From an uncultured Gemmatimonadales bacterium (GTDB lineage Bacteria; Gemmatimonadota; Gemmatimonadetes; Gemmatimonadales; GWC2-71-9): 64,000 bases of DNA. The notes beneath the pieces are model-generated. The model saw nothing but the letters and a program-made list of their open reading frames with translations. It was not told the DNA's origin and searched no databases. This document shows, one piece after another, positions 50,761 to 60,967 of this stretch; positions within the stretch are counted from its first letter, which is position 1, and each line of letters opens with the position of its first letter. A program made the translations under genes and the position numbers. The DNA lies in the NCBI GenBank assembly GCA_963828735.1, contig CAWHFW010000002.1, positions 704,001 through 768,000 on the forward strand. Direction: 5' to 3'.

Positions 50761-53163
50761 TCACTGCTCCTCCGCGGCGTAGTCGTACGGATAGTAGTAG
50801 TCGCCTTCCTTCGCGACCTGGCCGCCCGGATCGTTCAGCACCGTGCCGATGACCCGGGCGCCCACGTTGGCGAGCTGCTGACACGCGCGCTGCGCCGCGT
50901 TCTTGTCGGTGGCGCCGGCCCGCACGACGAGCAGCACGCCGTCGGTGAGCGACGCCACGATGCCGGCGTCAGCGGTGGCGAGCACGGGGGGTGTATCGAG
51001 CACGATGATGTCGTACTGCTCCCGGAGCTCCTGGAGCAGCACTTTCATCCGGGTCCCGCTCAGCAGGTTCGCGGCGTTGGACGGCAGCGCCCCACACGGC
51101 AGCACCGAGAGTCCGACGACGGACGTATCACGAATGGCCGGCAGGCGGGGGGCGCCCGGCGCCGAGGATGCCGTCAGCAGTTCCATGAGACCGGGCGCGC
51201 GCGGCAAGTGGAACAGGCCATGGACCCGGGGCCGCCGGATATCGCAGTCCACCAGCAACACGCGAAGCCCGTCGTACGCCAGCGTGACCGCGAGGTTGGC
51301 CGCGGTCAACGTCTTGCCTTCACCCGGCGCGGCGCTCGTCACGACCAGACTCTTGAGGGCCTCGCCGCCGTCGGACCAGATGAGGCTGGTGCGGAGATTC
51401 CGGAACGCCTCGATACCGATCGAGAACGTCTGGCCGCCGGACATGGGCGAGCCGGCACTCGGCCGTGAGCCCTTGCCGGCGCCCAGCAGCCCGCGCAGGC
51501 GGCCGCGGCCGTTGCCGGAGCCACCGCTGATCCGCGGAATCACCGCCAGGCCGGGCACGTGCAGCACCGCCTCGAGATCCTCGGGGCGCCGCACGGAGGT
51601 GTTGAGCGCCTCGAGGAGATAGGCTAGCAGCAGTCCAAGCATGAGTCCGAGCACGAGCCCCAGCGCGAGCTTCACGGCCGAGGCTGTGAGGACCGGGGCG
51701 TATGGCACGTCGGCCATGTCCACCACGTCCACGTCGCCGGCCTCGACAGTCTCCGCCATCCGGGCCCGGTTATAGTCCTTGCGCAGGTCGTCGCCCAGGC
51801 CGGCCAGGGCATCCACGCGCCGGTTGAGCCGCATCTCCTCTTCCGCCATGGCGGGCAGGACTTCGATGGACGCGCCGCTCTTTCGACGCAGCGCCGCAAG
51901 GGCGTCCATGCGCGCATTCAGCGTCTTCAGCTGGCTGCTGACGGCGTCCTCGAGCTTCGCCTGGGTGGAGGCGGTCAGTCCCTTCAACTGCACGACGTCC
52001 GGATTGTTGGGGGACGCCCTCCAGGGACCGGTCATCATCGAATCCAGCCGATCCTGATAAATCAGCAGCTGATGGTAGATGGTCCCGATCGCGGCGTTGT
52101 CGGCCATGCCTGGGGCCGTGCCGAGGGCGCGAACCGCCTGCGCGCGGGTCTCCTCGTCGCTCGACTTGAGCTGCTGTTGCAGCGCCGCGAAGGTCCCCCG
52201 GTCCGCGTCGAGCTCAGCCATGCGGGTCTCGATCTGGAGCGCGGTCTCCTGCTCCGCCTTCAGCTTGTCGCTACTGCTCGCCAGCTGCTGGCGACTGCGG
52301 AAATTCGCGAGCTCCGACTGCGCCCGCGCCAGCATGCTGTCGGTCTGGGACAACTGCTCACCCAAGAATTCCCGCCGGCGCCGCGACCGCTCGCGCGCCC
52401 ACTGGACGTTGAGCGCCTGAAACGCCTGCACCGTCGAGTTCACGACGCGCTGCGCCGAGATGGGATCGTACGCGGTGTAGCCGACGTCGATCACGTCCGT
52501 TTCGGCCCGGGGGGCGACGAGCAGGCCGCCGAGCAGCGCGTCGATCGCCGGCTCATGGCCGCCGATGCCGAGCGTGGCGGTCTCGATGGTCGGCCGTGAG
52601 CGCACGCTGAGCTGGACCACGCCGAGATTGATGATCTGGCCGTAGGGCGCCGTAACCACCCGATCGGCGCGCCGGGCCACGACGTCATTCGGCCGAAACG
52701 TGAGCACGACGGAGTCACCCGCCGCGCGCGGGTCGACGTGCACGTTCTCGAGCGATCCCGTCGTGAACTCCTCGGTCATGCTCTGCAGCTGGAGGCCCAG
52801 CGTATCCACGACGAGCCCCGCCACGGTCCGGCTCCGGATGAGCTGAACGATGGACATCAGCGGGTCCGTGGTCTTGGGCAGTCCGTTGGGCTCTTCGTCG
52901 TCACCGGTGATCGCTTGCCGCTCACCCGCGAATCGGAGCATGGCGTTGGCGTGATACGTCGCCGGCTCCCTCGACGCGAGGAACAGCCCAATGGAGGCAC
53001 CGACGAGCGTCATCGCCAGGATGAGCTGGTACCGCCGGCGCAGCACCGTGAGGACTTGCCGGAACGTCACCGAGTCGCCGCCTTCGGCCGCGGTCTCGAC
53101 CGGTCGGTACGGCCCTCCCGGCGGCCCGGGCAGCATGCGATTGGACGGGGTCATGGGCGACAT
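50761..53163 (-). CDS. wzc: Wzc-like polysaccharide co-polymerase / tyrosine autokinase
   Basis: Two TMs, EAFRNLRTSL, APGEGKT, DCDIRRP, DTPP, Tyr-rich tail YYYPYDY. Confidence 0.92.
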   Translation of the reverse strand: MSPMTPSNRMLPGPPGGPYRPVETAAEGGDSVTFRQVLTVLRRRYQLILAMTLVGASIGLFLASREPATYHANAMLRFAGERQAITGDDEEPNGLPKTTDPLMSIVQLIRSRTVAGLVVDTLGLQLQSMTEEFTTGSLENVHVDPRAAGDSVVLTFRPNDVVARRADRVVTAPYGQIINLGVVQLSVRSRPTIETATLGIGGHEPAIDALLGGLLVAPRAETDVIDVGYTAYDPISAQRVVNSTVQAFQALNVQWARERSRRRREFLGEQLSQTDSMLARAQSELANFRSRQQLASSSDKLKAEQETALQIETRMAELDADRGTFAALQQQLKSSDEETRAQAVRALGTAPGMADNAAIGTIYHQLLIYQDRLDSMMTGPWRASPNNPDVVQLKGLTASTQAKLEDAVSSQLKTLNARMDALAALRRKSGASIEVLPAMAEEEMRLNRRVDALAGLGDDLRKDYNRARMAETVEAGDVDVVDMADVPYAPVLTASAVKLALGLVLGLMLGLLLAYLLEALNTSVRRPEDLEAVLHVPGLAVIPRISGGSGNGRGRLRGLLGAGKGSRPSAGSPMSGGQTFSIGIEAFRNLRTSLIWSDGGEALKSLVVTSAAPGEGKTLTAANLAVTLAYDGLRVLLVDCDIRRPRVHGLFHLPRAPGLMELLTASSAPGAPRLPAIRDTSVVGLSVLPCGALPSNAANLLSGTRMKVLLQELREQYDIIVLDTPPVLATADAGIVASLTDGVLLVVRAGATDKNAAQRACQQLANVGARVIGTVLNDPGGQVAKEGDYYYPYDYAAEEQ

Positions 53164-53170
53164 AGGCTAC

Positions 53171-53827
53171 CTAATTGGTGCGATTGATGCGGTCGACGAG
53201 CAGGCCCAGCGACGCGATGGATCCGACGATGCCGAGGGCGGGTATGAGAAAGTCCTTGAAGAACGACCGCTTGCGATCGACGATGATCTGGTCGCCTGAG
53301 CGGAGCGCCAAGGTGGCCTGCGAGCTCTTGACGTCCGAGAGGTTCAGGAGGAAGGTTTCCTGCTGCCCGGTCGAAGAGAGACGCAGGAGGCGAATCCGGT
53401 TGTTGGCGCCGTCCTTGGTGAGGCCACCCGCGCGGGCGAGCGCCTCGCCCACATTCGTCTCCGGACGGGTCGCGAACACACTTGGCCGCTCGACCTCTCC
53501 CGAGACCGCGAGGCGGATCAGCGGCTCCATCACGAACTGCGGGTTGTCCTCGAACTGCGAGAGGAACGTACGCAGGTTGCTCTCCGCCTTGGCAAACGGC
53601 AAACCGGCGATCTTCACCGACCGGAATAGGGGATGGGTGATGGTCCCGTCGGGGGCGATCACGAAATCCCCACTGAATTCCGGCTTTCGCCATACCACGA
53701 TGCGAACCGAATCCCCAGGGGTCAGCACGGTCTGCGCTGCTCCGGACGGCTGCTGAGCCGCAGCCGGGAGGGCAAAGGCAAACAAGCCGAACGTGAGACT
53801 GAGGATCAGTGTACGCATAGTGGTCAT
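53171..53827 (-). CDS. polysaccharide export (Wza/SLBB) family protein
   Basis: LTPGDSVRIVVWRKPEFSG...PDGTI; GEV; AGGLT; LRSGDQIIV. Confidence 0.85.
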   Translation of the reverse strand: MTTMRTLILSLTFGLFAFALPAAAQQPSGAAQTVLTPGDSVRIVVWRKPEFSGDFVIAPDGTITHPLFRSVKIAGLPFAKAESNLRTFLSQFEDNPQFVMEPLIRLAVSGEVERPSVFATRPETNVGEALARAGGLTKDGANNRIRLLRLSSTGQQETFLLNLSDVKSSQATLALRSGDQIIVDRKRSFFKDFLIPALGIVGSIASLGLLVDRINRTN

Positions 53828-53906
53828 GCGGTCCCCGAGTAAGGTTGGCGGTATCCATCCGGAGGGTCCCCATGTGACCTCCCGGGCCTGTGAAGCCCGT
53901 CGGCAA

Positions 53907-53922
53907 GGCAGGTTCCGTGCCC
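53907..53922 (-). promoter_or_regulatory. putative sigma54 -24/-12 promoter
   Basis: Minus strand GGGCACGGAACCTGCC (GG-N10-GC) ~80 bp upstream of the export gene. Confidence 0.5.
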
Positions 53923-54087
53923 GTAAGCCCAACGTTGGCAATCTATCACGGCCCACACGCCGGTGCACCTCGGACCGGTCACTGGAACGCTACAAACACC
54001 CGCTCTTGTGCTGCCTGGCCCTACCCCCCGCACCAGTTGTTGTTGCGCGGACTCAACACCTCCAGCGACGGGGAAGGTCCGGGCCCC

Positions 54088-54130
54088 AAAATGCCGGACC
54101 GGCCGGAGGGAGTTCCTCCGGCCGGCCGGC
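54088..54130 (-). terminator. GC-rich hairpin terminator
   Basis: CCGGCCGGAGG/CCTCCGGCCGG stem followed by ATTTT on the minus strand. Confidence 0.65.
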
Positions 54131-54205
54131 GCGCCACGACTACTCCATCGGCTGCCACCAAGCTGTCGGTCATTTAAAGAACAAGCCCAGAGGCAGTTTC
54201 AATGC

Positions 54206-56023
54206 TCAGGCGCGCGCGCAGCTCCTGCGCTGGAGCTTCGCCGCCGAATCCGCAACCGTGCGGAACGCCGCCTGGTTGTCGGTCCGGCTGAAGAACGTGT
54301 CGTCGTACTTCCACAGCGTGAGGAAGCAGCCGCTTCCCACCAAGGCCTGACCCCATGCCTTCACCTGGTCGGCGGTCATTCCGCAGGTCGTGCTGCGCGT
54401 GCCGATGCCACCTTGGCCGGCGCCAGCGCAGTCGTAGGTTCCATCGTTGTCGGGCACACCACCGGACAGGATGTTCATACTGAAGGCCGGGGTCCAACCC
54501 TCCGCGGCCGCCCGGGCCAGCACGTTGCGCTTGTAGGCCGCCACGTCGCCCTTCGTGGCGTTGTAGTTGTACTGGCTGATGACGTAGTCGACGACCTTGT
54601 ACGACTCGCTCGTCCGCCAGGTGTACGAGCCTGCACCGCCGTGGTTCACACCCACCGGGACCGTGGGGAAGCGGGCTTTGACGTACGCAGCCATCTCATC
54701 GAGCATGGGCTTGGTAATGTTCCCGCCCCAGTCCTTGTTCTCCGGCTCGTCAATAAGCGAGCTGCCGATCACGGTGCCATCCGCGACGCCTTGCGCCACC
54801 GCGTTCTTGATGGTGGTGGTGGCGAACGCATCGACGCCCGACTTCCACTTGCCCATGTCGAACTGGCCGTTCGTCTTCCACGCGTCGTGGCCGCCCTGCG
54901 GGATGAACAGGATGAGCCGCTGGCCGCGGGTACGGGCCGACGAGATCATCGAGGCCATGGTGGACGGCGGGGTGGATTGGATGCTCACGGTGAAGGGGGC
55001 CGGACCCCACTGCGGGGTCGTGCCGTTCCAGAGGGCGAACGGGCCGAACGGAACGCCGAGGCCGGTCGACGCAGCGGGCGCGGGCGCCGGGGCGGGCGAG
55101 GTCACGGTGACCGCCGACGTGTCGGCCTGACCACTGGAGGGCTCCTTCGCCACCACTCGGAACGATCCGCCCGTCGCGCCGGCGGTGTAGAGGCCCGATG
55201 AGGTGACGGTACCACCGGTCGCCACGAAGGTGACGGCCACGGCGATGCTGTCACCGTTGGAATTCTTTCCATAGGCCTTGAACTGCCGGCTCGCGCCGGC
55301 GTCGAGCGTGGCGGACGCCGGGGTGACGTACACCGCAGTCAGGGTCGGAGCTGGAGGAGGTGGCGGCGGGTCGGATGGCGCCGCGTCGCTGATCGTGACC
55401 GTCGAGGTATCGGCGGCCGTGCCGGCGGTGTTGGCCGCGATCACGCGATACGTCCCGGGAGAGCTTCCCGCTTTGAACGCCCCAGCCGCGTCGATGTCCC
55501 CGCCGGTCGCAGTCCAGGTCACCCCCACGGTCGCCGTCTTCCCGTCCGGGAGATAGGCGGTCGCGGAAAAGGTGGTCGTGTCGGCTGCACTCAGAGCGAT
55601 ACTGCTGGGAGAGACCGCGATGCGTGCAACACTGTCCGTGGATGGAACCACCACGACGATGGCCGTGTCCGCGTGCTTCCAGCCACGGCCGCGTCCAATC
55701 ACCTTGAAGGTCCCGATACTCGCGGACATGAAAGTCCCGTCCGCGGTCACCTTGCCACCGGTCGAACGCCAGGTGGTGGGAATGAACCGCGCGTGGCCGT
55801 CAAAGTCTCGCGGCCTGAGGTGGAACTGAATCGGCTGATTGACTTCTGCGGTAACGCTGCGGGGCGACACAATCATCGCAGCGGGTAGAGATGTGATCTG
55901 GTCGCCACCTTCGGGTGCAGTCGCGCTATCGCCCGAGCATGCGGCGAGGACGGCGATCATCGCAAGCATGGCACATTCTCGCGAAGCAGCCAACCTTCGC
56001 GCAAGCTTGAAGGTGTACGTCAT
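54206..56023 (-). CDS. lipoprotein with three Ig-like repeats and a possible glycoside-hydrolase TIM-barrel domain
   Basis: Lipobox LAAC; (W/F)xxTGGx(V/I)...Gx(F/Y)(K/R)V repeats; Pro-rich linkers; LIDEP motif. Confidence 0.75.
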   Translation of the reverse strand: MTYTFKLARRLAASRECAMLAMIAVLAACSGDSATAPEGGDQITSLPAAMIVSPRSVTAEVNQPIQFHLRPRDFDGHARFIPTTWRSTGGKVTADGTFMSASIGTFKVIGRGRGWKHADTAIVVVVPSTDSVARIAVSPSSIALSAADTTTFSATAYLPDGKTATVGVTWTATGGDIDAAGAFKAGSSPGTYRVIAANTAGTAADTSTVTISDAAPSDPPPPPPAPTLTAVYVTPASATLDAGASRQFKAYGKNSNGDSIAVAVTFVATGGTVTSSGLYTAGATGGSFRVVAKEPSSGQADTSAVTVTSPAPAPAPAASTGLGVPFGPFALWNGTTPQWGPAPFTVSIQSTPPSTMASMISSARTRGQRLILFIPQGGHDAWKTNGQFDMGKWKSGVDAFATTTIKNAVAQGVADGTVIGSSLIDEPENKDWGGNITKPMLDEMAAYVKARFPTVPVGVNHGGAGSYTWRTSESYKVVDYVISQYNYNATKGDVAAYKRNVLARAAAEGWTPAFSMNILSGGVPDNDGTYDCAGAGQGGIGTRSTTCGMTADQVKAWGQALVGSGCFLTLWKYDDTFFSRTDNQAAFRTVADSAAKLQRRSCARA

Positions 56024-56321
56024 CTGTCTTTCTGCCTTTCTCGACTCTCCTTCCGATGGCACCCAACCGTTCCCCGGAGTTCCACCACCACCCTTGGGCT
56101 GGTACCTAATTAGGATCAGGCCGGGGGAAACTCAATGCCTAATAACGATACGATATGTTAATGCTCCGATAAAACGCGGCGAGGCAATTGACGGTTTATC
56201 ATGGACTTACCGCAGACAACGAAGATGCATTGTAACAAAATATCGACGTATTATTTGACGGTTGTCGAAGAGAGTGTGCAGGGATAGCCCCGGAAGAAGG
56301 CTGCTCGCAGGGCTTGGCGCT

Positions 56322-57179
56322 TCACACGACGTCGAAGTCCAGGAACTCGAACCGACGGGCCGCGAGATACCCGCGCAGCTGGGGGGTCAGGGAGGCGTCG
56401 CCGAAGACGCGGAACACATACTCGAGTGGGCTCGGCCGGAAGCGATCCGGGACCGGCAGCCCCCCACCCACCCTGGCTCCAAATGAGGCATAGAGACGCG
56501 GAATCCAGGAGGCCGGATGAGGGAGTGACAATGCTTGCACTATCCCGACCGGAAGGCCGGTGGAAAGGATCCCATCCAGGGGCAATCCGAGATGGTGCAG
56601 GCGGACCGTGAGGGCGCCACGCGCTCCACCCCCGAACGCGGTGACGCCCGGGCGCGCGGTCCGCCAGGCCAGGTAGGGGGGGTCGTCGGCTAACGCCCTC
56701 GGGGCCGCCACGACAGGCCACGTCCCGGGCGCATACGCCGTGAGCGACAGGCGACCCAATGCCTGGAAACCCAGGACGCGCACGAAGCCCTGGAACGAGT
56801 TCTCGTTGGTAATTCCCACCACGAGTACGGGGCCATCCGCCTGCAGTTGGCGGTACAGTGCCCTCGTCGTGGCGATCATCAAACCCGGCACCGTCGCAGT
56901 GGGATCGGCGACCACATTGAGCGACAGGTACGTGCCCGCGAGAGGCACTACCGGCTCCGCCAGCGCTGGCGTAGGCAAGACCGCATAGTGCGCGATCAGC
57001 TTGCCCTGCGCGTCGTAGGCGTTGACGTAGCGCGCCAGGCCGGAAGGATTCCGGAGGTATTGCCACTCGAGATCGGGTTTCCAGGGCCGATCCCGTGGAG
57101 ACACCCGCTCCAGAAGCCCGGCGATCTCCGACAGCGCGTCGGCCGAAGCCAAAGCGGGAGGGGCGATTCGAAGCGTCAT
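56322..57179 (-). CDS. GNAT-like N-acyltransferase
   Basis: LEWQYLRNPSG, LIAHYA, VVGITNENS..GFVRVLGF. Confidence 0.7.
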   Translation of the reverse strand: MTLRIAPPALASADALSEIAGLLERVSPRDRPWKPDLEWQYLRNPSGLARYVNAYDAQGKLIAHYAVLPTPALAEPVVPLAGTYLSLNVVADPTATVPGLMIATTRALYRQLQADGPVLVVGITNENSFQGFVRVLGFQALGRLSLTAYAPGTWPVVAAPRALADDPPYLAWRTARPGVTAFGGGARGALTVRLHHLGLPLDGILSTGLPVGIVQALSLPHPASWIPRLYASFGARVGGGLPVPDRFRPSPLEYVFRVFGDASLTPQLRGYLAARRFEFLDFDVV

Positions 57180-57195
57180 GGGTTGGAGCGCGCGC

Positions 57196-58473
57196 TCACG
57201 ATCCTCGCACGCGCACGCGGCGGAGCATGTCGTCGACCAGATGGAAGCCGTCCCACACGACATCGAACGCTAGCGCCTCGCCGATGGGCACCAGTCGGTC
57301 GAGTCCACGGGCTCCAGCCTCCGTCGCGACCTCGCGGAGCGTGTCGCCGTCGATTCCCCAGTGCGTAAGAGTCTGGTCGCCCTCTTCGATGAACGGGAGC
57401 ACGTCGCCCGCCCGTGCCACCGGCACATGACGAATCAAGCCTCCACCGCACATGTCCTTGTCGAGCGCGGCGGCGTCGTGGATGTGAACCCCGACGAATC
57501 CGGGATGCCCGAGCACGACGCGGGCATCCGTCGACGCGGCCAGCCCGAACGCGTAGGCGCGGCGGTGCACCGCGCTCGACACCGGCGGCACGAAGTCCCG
57601 CCGTTCGACCTCCGTCTGCAGCGCTCGCTCGAACTCGGCGGCGGCTTGGTCCGCGATCGCCGGCGGCCCAACCCAGAACACCACCTGCGGTGACGAACAG
57701 GCCATCTGGTCGAACCAGAACACGTCGTTGAAGAAACCAGACGCAACGCGGGCCCGAGTCTCCGATGGGGCGGCTTGGTATGCCGCGGCATCGATCACGG
57801 CGAACGAGTATTTGCTCCCGAACACCCGTTCGCTTGCATGCGACGGAAGCGGCAATGGCCGGATGGCAGCGACGGTCTCGTCGCCGCCCCAGATCACTCG
57901 ATGGCTGCACCATGCGGAGAGTGCCGTCGTAATGGCTTCATCGTGCCCGTAGGTCAGGAACCGGTTCGAATCCCGCAGCTCCGAGTCCTCCGAGGCCACC
58001 GAGCCGATCACCCGGAGAAGGGCCTGGACGACGATACCGGACTCCTGAGAAAGCCGGACCACGCTCGCGTTGCCGCAGAGGTACGCCAGTGCCCAGGAGT
58101 AGATGAAGAGGGTGTCCACGTTCGAGGGTGCAAGGTGCAGCACGCGACCCACCGGCACGCGCACGACGTCGGGCTCGGCCGCGGCCCGACGCGCCTGTTC
58201 ATCGGCGAGTCGGGCGAGCTGACCGCGGCGCAGCCAGTACGCAACCGCCACGCTGGCGGGATCTTGCCGAAGCACTCGATCGGCGAGCAGTGCCGCGGAG
58301 AGACGTGCCAGCGTGTCCATCCGGGCCGCGCTGAACGGCGACGCGCCGGCGCGGCCCGTGCGGTCCAGGAAGGTGCCGAGGTCGACCGCGTCATCGGCGG
58401 GCGCCAACACCCGGATCCGGTCAGCGACCGCATGCCACGGCTCTGCGCGAGTGGGCACTGGGGCGTCGCTCAT
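57196..58473 (-). CDS. LuxC-like acyl-CoA/acyl-protein reductase
   Basis: GRVLHLAPSNVDT, VIWGGDETV, FDQMACSSP, RGLDRLVPIG. Confidence 0.88.
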   Translation of the reverse strand: MSDAPVPTRAEPWHAVADRIRVLAPADDAVDLGTFLDRTGRAGASPFSAARMDTLARLSAALLADRVLRQDPASVAVAYWLRRGQLARLADEQARRAAAEPDVVRVPVGRVLHLAPSNVDTLFIYSWALAYLCGNASVVRLSQESGIVVQALLRVIGSVASEDSELRDSNRFLTYGHDEAITTALSAWCSHRVIWGGDETVAAIRPLPLPSHASERVFGSKYSFAVIDAAAYQAAPSETRARVASGFFNDVFWFDQMACSSPQVVFWVGPPAIADQAAAEFERALQTEVERRDFVPPVSSAVHRRAYAFGLAASTDARVVLGHPGFVGVHIHDAAALDKDMCGGGLIRHVPVARAGDVLPFIEEGDQTLTHWGIDGDTLREVATEAGARGLDRLVPIGEALAFDVVWDGFHLVDDMLRRVRVRGS

Positions 58474-59558
58474 GCCCTGGCCGCGAACGTGTCGCTGCAG
58501 CCCCGCAGCTCGGTCTTGGGCACGCGGCCCAGGATCTCGAAATACCGGCCGCCCATGCCGGTGTCGTCCGGGTCCGCTCCGCGGATGACACCGAGATCTT
58601 CCGTAAGCAAGGAATGACCCGGATAGCTGGTGGGCAGGCAGCTCAGCACCTGCACCAGGCCGGGCTGCCCGTCCGGCAAGGGCTCGAGCGTCACCGGGTC
58701 GCGCACGATCACCTCGGAGTAGATCGGCGCGTGAAGGTAATGCAGCGGGTTCTCGAAGTAGACGCCACCGACCTGCTCGACCATGCCGTAGAAGTTGATG
58801 ACCCGGTCGACGCCGGTGGCCGCTCGCACGCGCTCGCGGAACTCGCGCGCGTCGACCGCCGCTTCCTGCAGCTTCTTCCAGCCGCCCGAATGGATGAGGA
58901 TGCTTCCCGGCAGGTCGAAACGCAGCTGCTCACGCTCGAGAGCCTGGACGAAGTGCTGCCACACCATGAACGTGAAGCCGAACAAGAGCACACGCCGACC
59001 CGCGACCCCGTTCAGATACGCTCGAAGGCCCTCCACGTCGAGACTCATGTCCTCACGCAGCGCGTAGAATGGACGATGGCCAAACTGCGCCATGCCCAGA
59101 ATCCCCGCGCCCCGCGCCGAGTAGCTCCGGCGATCGCGAACGACGCCGGCGTGGTCGAGAATCACCATCGGCAGTCGTTCCTTGCCGAGGAAGTGCTGGG
59201 CGACCTTCACGAGCACGGCCGATTGGACGGTTGCCGTCTCCGCATCGAGAAAGATGCGACTCGGTTGCTGGCCGGTAGTGCCGCTCGAGGTGAGCACCTT
59301 CACCACTTCGGCCTCGGGCACGCTCGACAGGGTGTGGGTCTTGAAGAGCGTCACGGGGAGAAACGGGACGTCCTCCAGGCGATCCACGCGTCGGGCACCG
59401 TTCCCGAACACGCGGTGCAGCACGTTCCGGTAGGGCTCACAGCGCTCCGCGTGATGGCGTGTGAGGGTCTGCAGCATCGGCAGCAGGCGCTCCCGCTTTT
59501 CGGCCTGGCGAAGGCCATACGGCGGCAGCTCCAGCAGCGCCCGGGCCGGACTCGTCAC
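58470..59558 (-). CDS. LuxE-like acyl-protein synthetase
   Basis: PFLPVTLFK, TSSGTTG, GGWKK, YGMVE, PGHSLLTEDLG, ELRGCS. Confidence 0.9.
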   Translation of the reverse strand: MTSPARALLELPPYGLRQAEKRERLLPMLQTLTRHHAERCEPYRNVLHRVFGNGARRVDRLEDVPFLPVTLFKTHTLSSVPEAEVVKVLTSSGTTGQQPSRIFLDAETATVQSAVLVKVAQHFLGKERLPMVILDHAGVVRDRRSYSARGAGILGMAQFGHRPFYALREDMSLDVEGLRAYLNGVAGRRVLLFGFTFMVWQHFVQALEREQLRFDLPGSILIHSGGWKKLQEAAVDAREFRERVRAATGVDRVINFYGMVEQVGGVYFENPLHYLHAPIYSEVIVRDPVTLEPLPDGQPGLVQVLSCLPTSYPGHSLLTEDLGVIRGADPDDTGMGGRYFEILGRVPKTELRGCSDTFAARA

Positions 59559-60967
59559 CGGGCGCCCTCCAACGCCTTGTAATCCTTCTTGCCGGCCGAA
59601 GTGAGCGGCATCTCGGCAATTCGCCGGAGCACGATCGCCGAGGGGGGCACCGCGAGGAACCGCGCAAGATGGGCGACAGCGGCCTGATCCTGGAGAGCAC
59701 CGTCGACGACGACGGAGACCAGGAGACCGTCGCTGCGCTCTGTGGCGATCGCCCGCAACGGGAACGCGGTTTCCAGCTCCCGCTCGACATCCTCGAGATT
59801 GACGCGGCGCCCGAAGAGCTTGGCGAACCGCTTGAGTCGCCCGACGAGGGTAAAGAAACCCTCGTCGTCGACCGTGCCCAGATCGCCCGTGCGGAGCACC
59901 CCCTGCTGCACGTCGCCGAGCCCCAGGTCGGCCAAGGATTCGGCATACCCGAGCATGACGTTCTCACCCTCGTACACCAGCTCGCTGGCACCGGTCTCCA
60001 GGCCTTCCACCCGTTCGAGGCGCAGGGTACCCCCGGGAATCGGGATGCCGATGCTGCCGATCTTCTCGCCCAGGCGCTCCGGCGGCACGTAGCTGATCCG
60101 GGCGGTGGCCTCGGTCTGCCCGTACATGACCACCAGTCTGGCGCCGGCCTCAGTCACGCGGGCGTGAAAGTGGGCGATCAGGTCGCGCCGCAGGGCGCCG
60201 CCCGCTTGGGTGAAGGTCCGAAGCGTCGGATGGCGCGCCGGATCGAATCGCAGCCGGTGAAGAGTCTCGTACATGTAGGGCACACCGGCAAACGAGGTCG
60301 CCCGTTCCTGGTCGGCATCGCGCCAGAACTCGGGGCGCATGAACGAGTGCGGAGTCAGGACGACGGTCCCACCCGCGACCAGATGAGAGTTGAGCACGGA
60401 CAGCCCGTAGCTGTAGTGCATGGGCAGGCTCTGGGCGGCGCGCTCGCCTGTATTCAGGCCGAGATACTCGGCGATTCGCGAGGCGTTGGACAACAGATTG
60501 CGGGTCGTGAGCCGCACCAGCTTGGGACTGCCGGTGGAACCGGAGGTAGTGAGTAGCAGCGCCAGGTCCGGGTGGAGGGCCGGTTCGAGCAATTCGACGG
60601 CCAGGGCGGCTCTATAGCCCTGCTGCGACAGAGCACAGGAGCGCCATCCGTCGGGCATCGTGAGAGCGTCGGGGGCGAGCACCAACGCCGGGCGGTAGAT
60701 GTGCGCAAGGCGTGCGAGCGGGTCGGGCTGCAGCTCGACAAGACAGATCGGCAGGCCCGCATGCAGGCACCCAAGGTACAGAACGACGGCTTCCACGTCG
60801 GGACCCGGCGCCAGGAAGACCAGGCGGCGCCCTCCGGTGATCCGGCGCAACTCCTCCGCCGCCTGGTTCACCCGCTCGGTGAGCTCGCCGTACGTCACCC
60901 GAGCGCCCTGGGCGGGAGCAACCAGCGCCACACGCTCATCCCGGCGCCGCAGCACCGCATCGATCAC
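59555..60967 (-). CDS. AMP-binding (adenylate-forming) enzyme
   Basis: TSGSTGSPK, MYGQTEAT, LRTGDLG, GRLKRFAK, GKKDY. Confidence 0.9.
   Translation of the reverse strand: MIDAVLRRRDERVALVAPAQGARVTYGELTERVNQAAEELRRITGGRRLVFLAPGPDVEAVVLYLGCLHAGLPICLVELQPDPLARLAHIYRPALVLAPDALTMPDGWRSCALSQQGYRAALAVELLEPALHPDLALLLTTSGSTGSPKLVRLTTRNLLSNASRIAEYLGLNTGERAAQSLPMHYSYGLSVLNSHLVAGGTVVLTPHSFMRPEFWRDADQERATSFAGVPYMYETLHRLRFDPARHPTLRTFTQAGGALRRDLIAHFHARVTEAGARLVVMYGQTEATARISYVPPERLGEKIGSIGIPIPGGTLRLERVEGLETGASELVYEGENVMLGYAESLADLGLGDVQQGVLRTGDLGTVDDEGFFTLVGRLKRFAKLFGRRVNLEDVERELETAFPLRAIATERSDGLLVSVVVDGALQDQAAVAHLARFLAVPPSAIVLRRIAEMPLTSAGKKDYKALEGAR

Noticed and set aside
57196..59558. Bioluminescence lux operon
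   Set aside because: No luxA, luxB or luxD in the window; context is glycan tailoring
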